Origin: Pseudomonadota bacterium
GTDB lineage: Bacteria; SZUA-182; DTGQ01
NCBI GenBank assembly: GCA_030625085.1
Contig: DAOURK010000002.1
Location: 31,871-95,870, forward strand
Direction of reading: 5' to 3'
DNA length: 64,000 nt
This document shows, one piece after another, positions 62,116 through 64,000 of this stretch. A program made the translations under genes and the position numbers. The notes beneath the pieces are model-generated. The model had not been told where the DNA came from. It saw nothing but the letters and a program-made list of their open reading frames with translations, and searched no databases. Position 1 is the first letter of the stretch. Every line of letters starts with the position of its first letter.

Positions 62116-63862
62116 TTGCAACAGATTGAATGGCCCCGGCTTTACATACCTGCTCGCATACCGGACAACCATTACACATCAATGGATCAATCACTGCCTT
62201 ATCCTCGGCCAAAAAACTTATAGCCGGACAACCCAACTTTAAACATGCCTTGCAACCGGTGCAAAGGTCGACCGCAACCTGGCGTTGGACTGGTTTTGTT
62301 TTCCTCTTTTTTCTTTCCAGCAGCACACAAGGTCTTCGCGAAATAATCAAGGAAGGCTCGGAGGCCTTCACCTCCCTGTCAATTACCTGGCTTAATTGCT
62401 TCAAATCGTATGGGTCCACCTCGTGTACCCGGGAAATGCCGAATGATTCAGCCAGCGCCTTAAGATCTACGGCCCTGGTTTCCTTGCCTTGCAAAGTGAG
62501 CCCAGTGCCTGGATGATGCTGAAATCCGGTCATGGCCGTAGTCCGATTATCCAGGATAATAATGGTGCTGTTCCCCTGATTGTAAGCCACATCTAAAAGG
62601 CCGGTCAGGCCGGAATGCAGAAAGGTGGAATCGCCAATTACTCCAACCACAGGCGGTACATCCGATCCTTGACTGGCTTTATTAAATCCGTGCGCAGTCC
62701 CAATACTGGCCCCCATACAGATACACGTGTCCATGGCCTGCAAGGGAGGTAAAACAGAAAGAGTATAGCACCCAATATCTCCCATGGCCCGAATTTTTTT
62801 CCGGCTTAAGGTATAAAATAACCCCCGATGAGGACACCCCGGACACATAACCGGTGGACGAGGAGGAAGTTCTACCCCCGGATGATAACCTTTTGGCGCA
62901 GATTCATGTAAAAAGGCCTGAGCCACAATATCCGGGGTCAATTCTCCTGTGTCAGGCAGCATGGATCTTCCCTCAACAGAGATTCCCATGGCCTTGACCT
63001 GATCCTCAATAAAGGGAGTCAACTCTTCTAAAACATAGAGCTTCTCTACATGGCGGGCAAAATCGGTAATTAATTTATGGGGAAGAGGATGTGACATGCC
63101 CAACTTGAGATACGAGGCCTCAGGCAACACTTCCTTGGCGTATTGATAGGCAATACTGCCGCAAATGATCCCAATCTTTTTATCATTCATCTCACACCGA
63201 TTCCAGTCCGTACTTTCCGATAAAGCGCGAAGGGATTTGGTGCGTGTTTTCATCAGAACATGCCTTTTGCGGCTATGGGCAGGTATCATGACATATTTTT
63301 TCGGGTCCTTGGCAAAGGGCCCAATAGAAGAAACGATTCTTTGATCTTTCACTTCAGTAAGGGATTTTGAATGGGAAATCCGGGTGGTGAGCCGAAGCAA
63401 TACCGGCGTGTCGTATTTTTCACTTATCTCTAAGCCAAAACCGACCAGATCTTTGGCCTCTTGACTGTCTGAGGGCTCCAGCAAAGGCACCTGAGCAAAC
63501 TTGGCGTAAAAGCGATTATCTTGTTCATTCTGGGAGCTATGCATGCCGGGATCATCAGCACAAACAATAACCAACCCGGCATTAACCCCGGTATAGGCCA
63601 AGGTCATAAAGGGATCGGCAGCCACATTCAACCCTACATGCTTCATGGTCACCAGAGTCCTGGCCCCGGCCAAAGATGCCCCAATACCCGTCTCCAAGGC
63701 CACCTTCTCATTGGGTGACCACTGGCAGTAAATCTCCGAAAAATGCACAATATTTTCCAGGATCTCCGTGCTCGGCGTGCCTGGATATCCGGCAGCCACG
63801 CTTACTCCAAATTCATACCCCCCTCGAGCCACTGCTTCATTTCCCGATAATAATACCTTCAT
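62111..63862 (-). CDS. iorA: Indolepyruvate:ferredoxin oxidoreductase subunit alpha
   Basis: TPP-binding domain (GDIGCYT), two [4Fe-4S] ferredoxin motifs (CTGCKAC..CP, CNGCPVCEQVCK) at the C-terminus; 583 aa. Confidence 0.9.
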   Translation of the reverse strand: MKVLLSGNEAVARGGYEFGVSVAAGYPGTPSTEILENIVHFSEIYCQWSPNEKVALETGIGASLAGARTLVTMKHVGLNVAADPFMTLAYTGVNAGLVIVCADDPGMHSSQNEQDNRFYAKFAQVPLLEPSDSQEAKDLVGFGLEISEKYDTPVLLRLTTRISHSKSLTEVKDQRIVSSIGPFAKDPKKYVMIPAHSRKRHVLMKTRTKSLRALSESTDWNRCEMNDKKIGIICGSIAYQYAKEVLPEASYLKLGMSHPLPHKLITDFARHVEKLYVLEELTPFIEDQVKAMGISVEGRSMLPDTGELTPDIVAQAFLHESAPKGYHPGVELPPRPPVMCPGCPHRGLFYTLSRKKIRAMGDIGCYTLSVLPPLQAMDTCICMGASIGTAHGFNKASQGSDVPPVVGVIGDSTFLHSGLTGLLDVAYNQGNSTIIILDNRTTAMTGFQHHPGTGLTLQGKETRAVDLKALAESFGISRVHEVDPYDLKQLSQVIDREVKASEPSLIISRRPCVLLERKKRKTKPVQRQVAVDLCTGCKACLKLGCPAISFLAEDKAVIDPLMCNGCPVCEQVCKAGAIQSVAI

Positions 63863-64000
63863 TTTGCAGACTCCAAATTAAGCGGTAGACTATTGGTCAA
63901 GGCAGCCAAAACAAGCCAATAAGCCCTCTCGTGAATTGCTGAACAAATACTCCCTTTTTGCCATCTCTGTGATAGGAAAAGTGTAATGCAGTCATATGAT

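Noticed and set aside
1-64000. Search for tRNA, rRNA and CRISPR arrays
   Set aside because: No T-arm / acceptor-stem signatures (GGTTCGAATCC-like), no rRNA-like conserved blocks, and no repeat-spacer arrays were found by eye.

Overview
This is a 64 kb chromosomal segment, about 40% GC, probably from an anaerobic bacterium of deltaproteobacterial/Thermodesulfobacteriota type. That placement rests on sigma-54 regulators, a Geobacter-like type IV pilus locus, indolepyruvate:ferredoxin oxidoreductase and several radical SAM enzymes. Most of the window is densely packed housekeeping or core-accessory coding sequence. Named genes, in window order: pyrF, pilB-pilT-pilC-pilS-pilR, gatA, gatB, HU, a pfkB kinase, a DHH-CBS-poly(A) polymerase fusion, a site-2 protease, relA/spoT, rpmB, serA, a class-V aminotransferase, mnmG, a FliA-type sigma factor and a HemN-like radical SAM enzyme. 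The 3' end carries a minus-strand aromatic/branched-chain amino acid operon (iorA-iorB-paaK-ACT-livKHMGF-paaK).

Five things stand out beyond the routine annotation:
- **AmmeMemoRadiSam locus (5972-12253).** The radical SAM enzyme carries a consensus twin-arginine (Tat) signal, and the Memo and AMMECR1 partners are fused into one signal-peptide-bearing lipoprotein. The locus is flanked by a polytopic spermidine-synthase-like membrane protein and a second PflX-type radical SAM enzyme.
- **Secreted low-complexity proteins (26683-28747, 34276-36401, 5182-5613).** Several secreted FG/Gly/Tyr/Ser-rich repeat proteins are present. One two-gene operon is driven by a near-consensus sigma-54 promoter, while the PilS/PilR locus in this window has no pilin gene.
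- **Interspersed intergenic repeats.** There are at least three families. Family A is a MITE-like palindromic element with terminal inverted repeats, in 6 or more copies, some inside the ior operon. Family B is a roughly 110 bp element that sits directly upstream of three unrelated genes in a fixed orientation. The third is a GC-rich hairpin element.
- **A pseudo-activator.** One response regulator has the sigma-54-activator architecture but lacks both the GAFTGA motif and the Walker-B acidic pair.
- **Window edges and gaps.** The 5' edge begins inside a P-loop NTPase gene with a GKSH Walker A motif, possibly BrxC/PglY-like. There are also several 0.4-1.4 kb non-coding gaps.

No tRNA, rRNA or CRISPR array was recognised.
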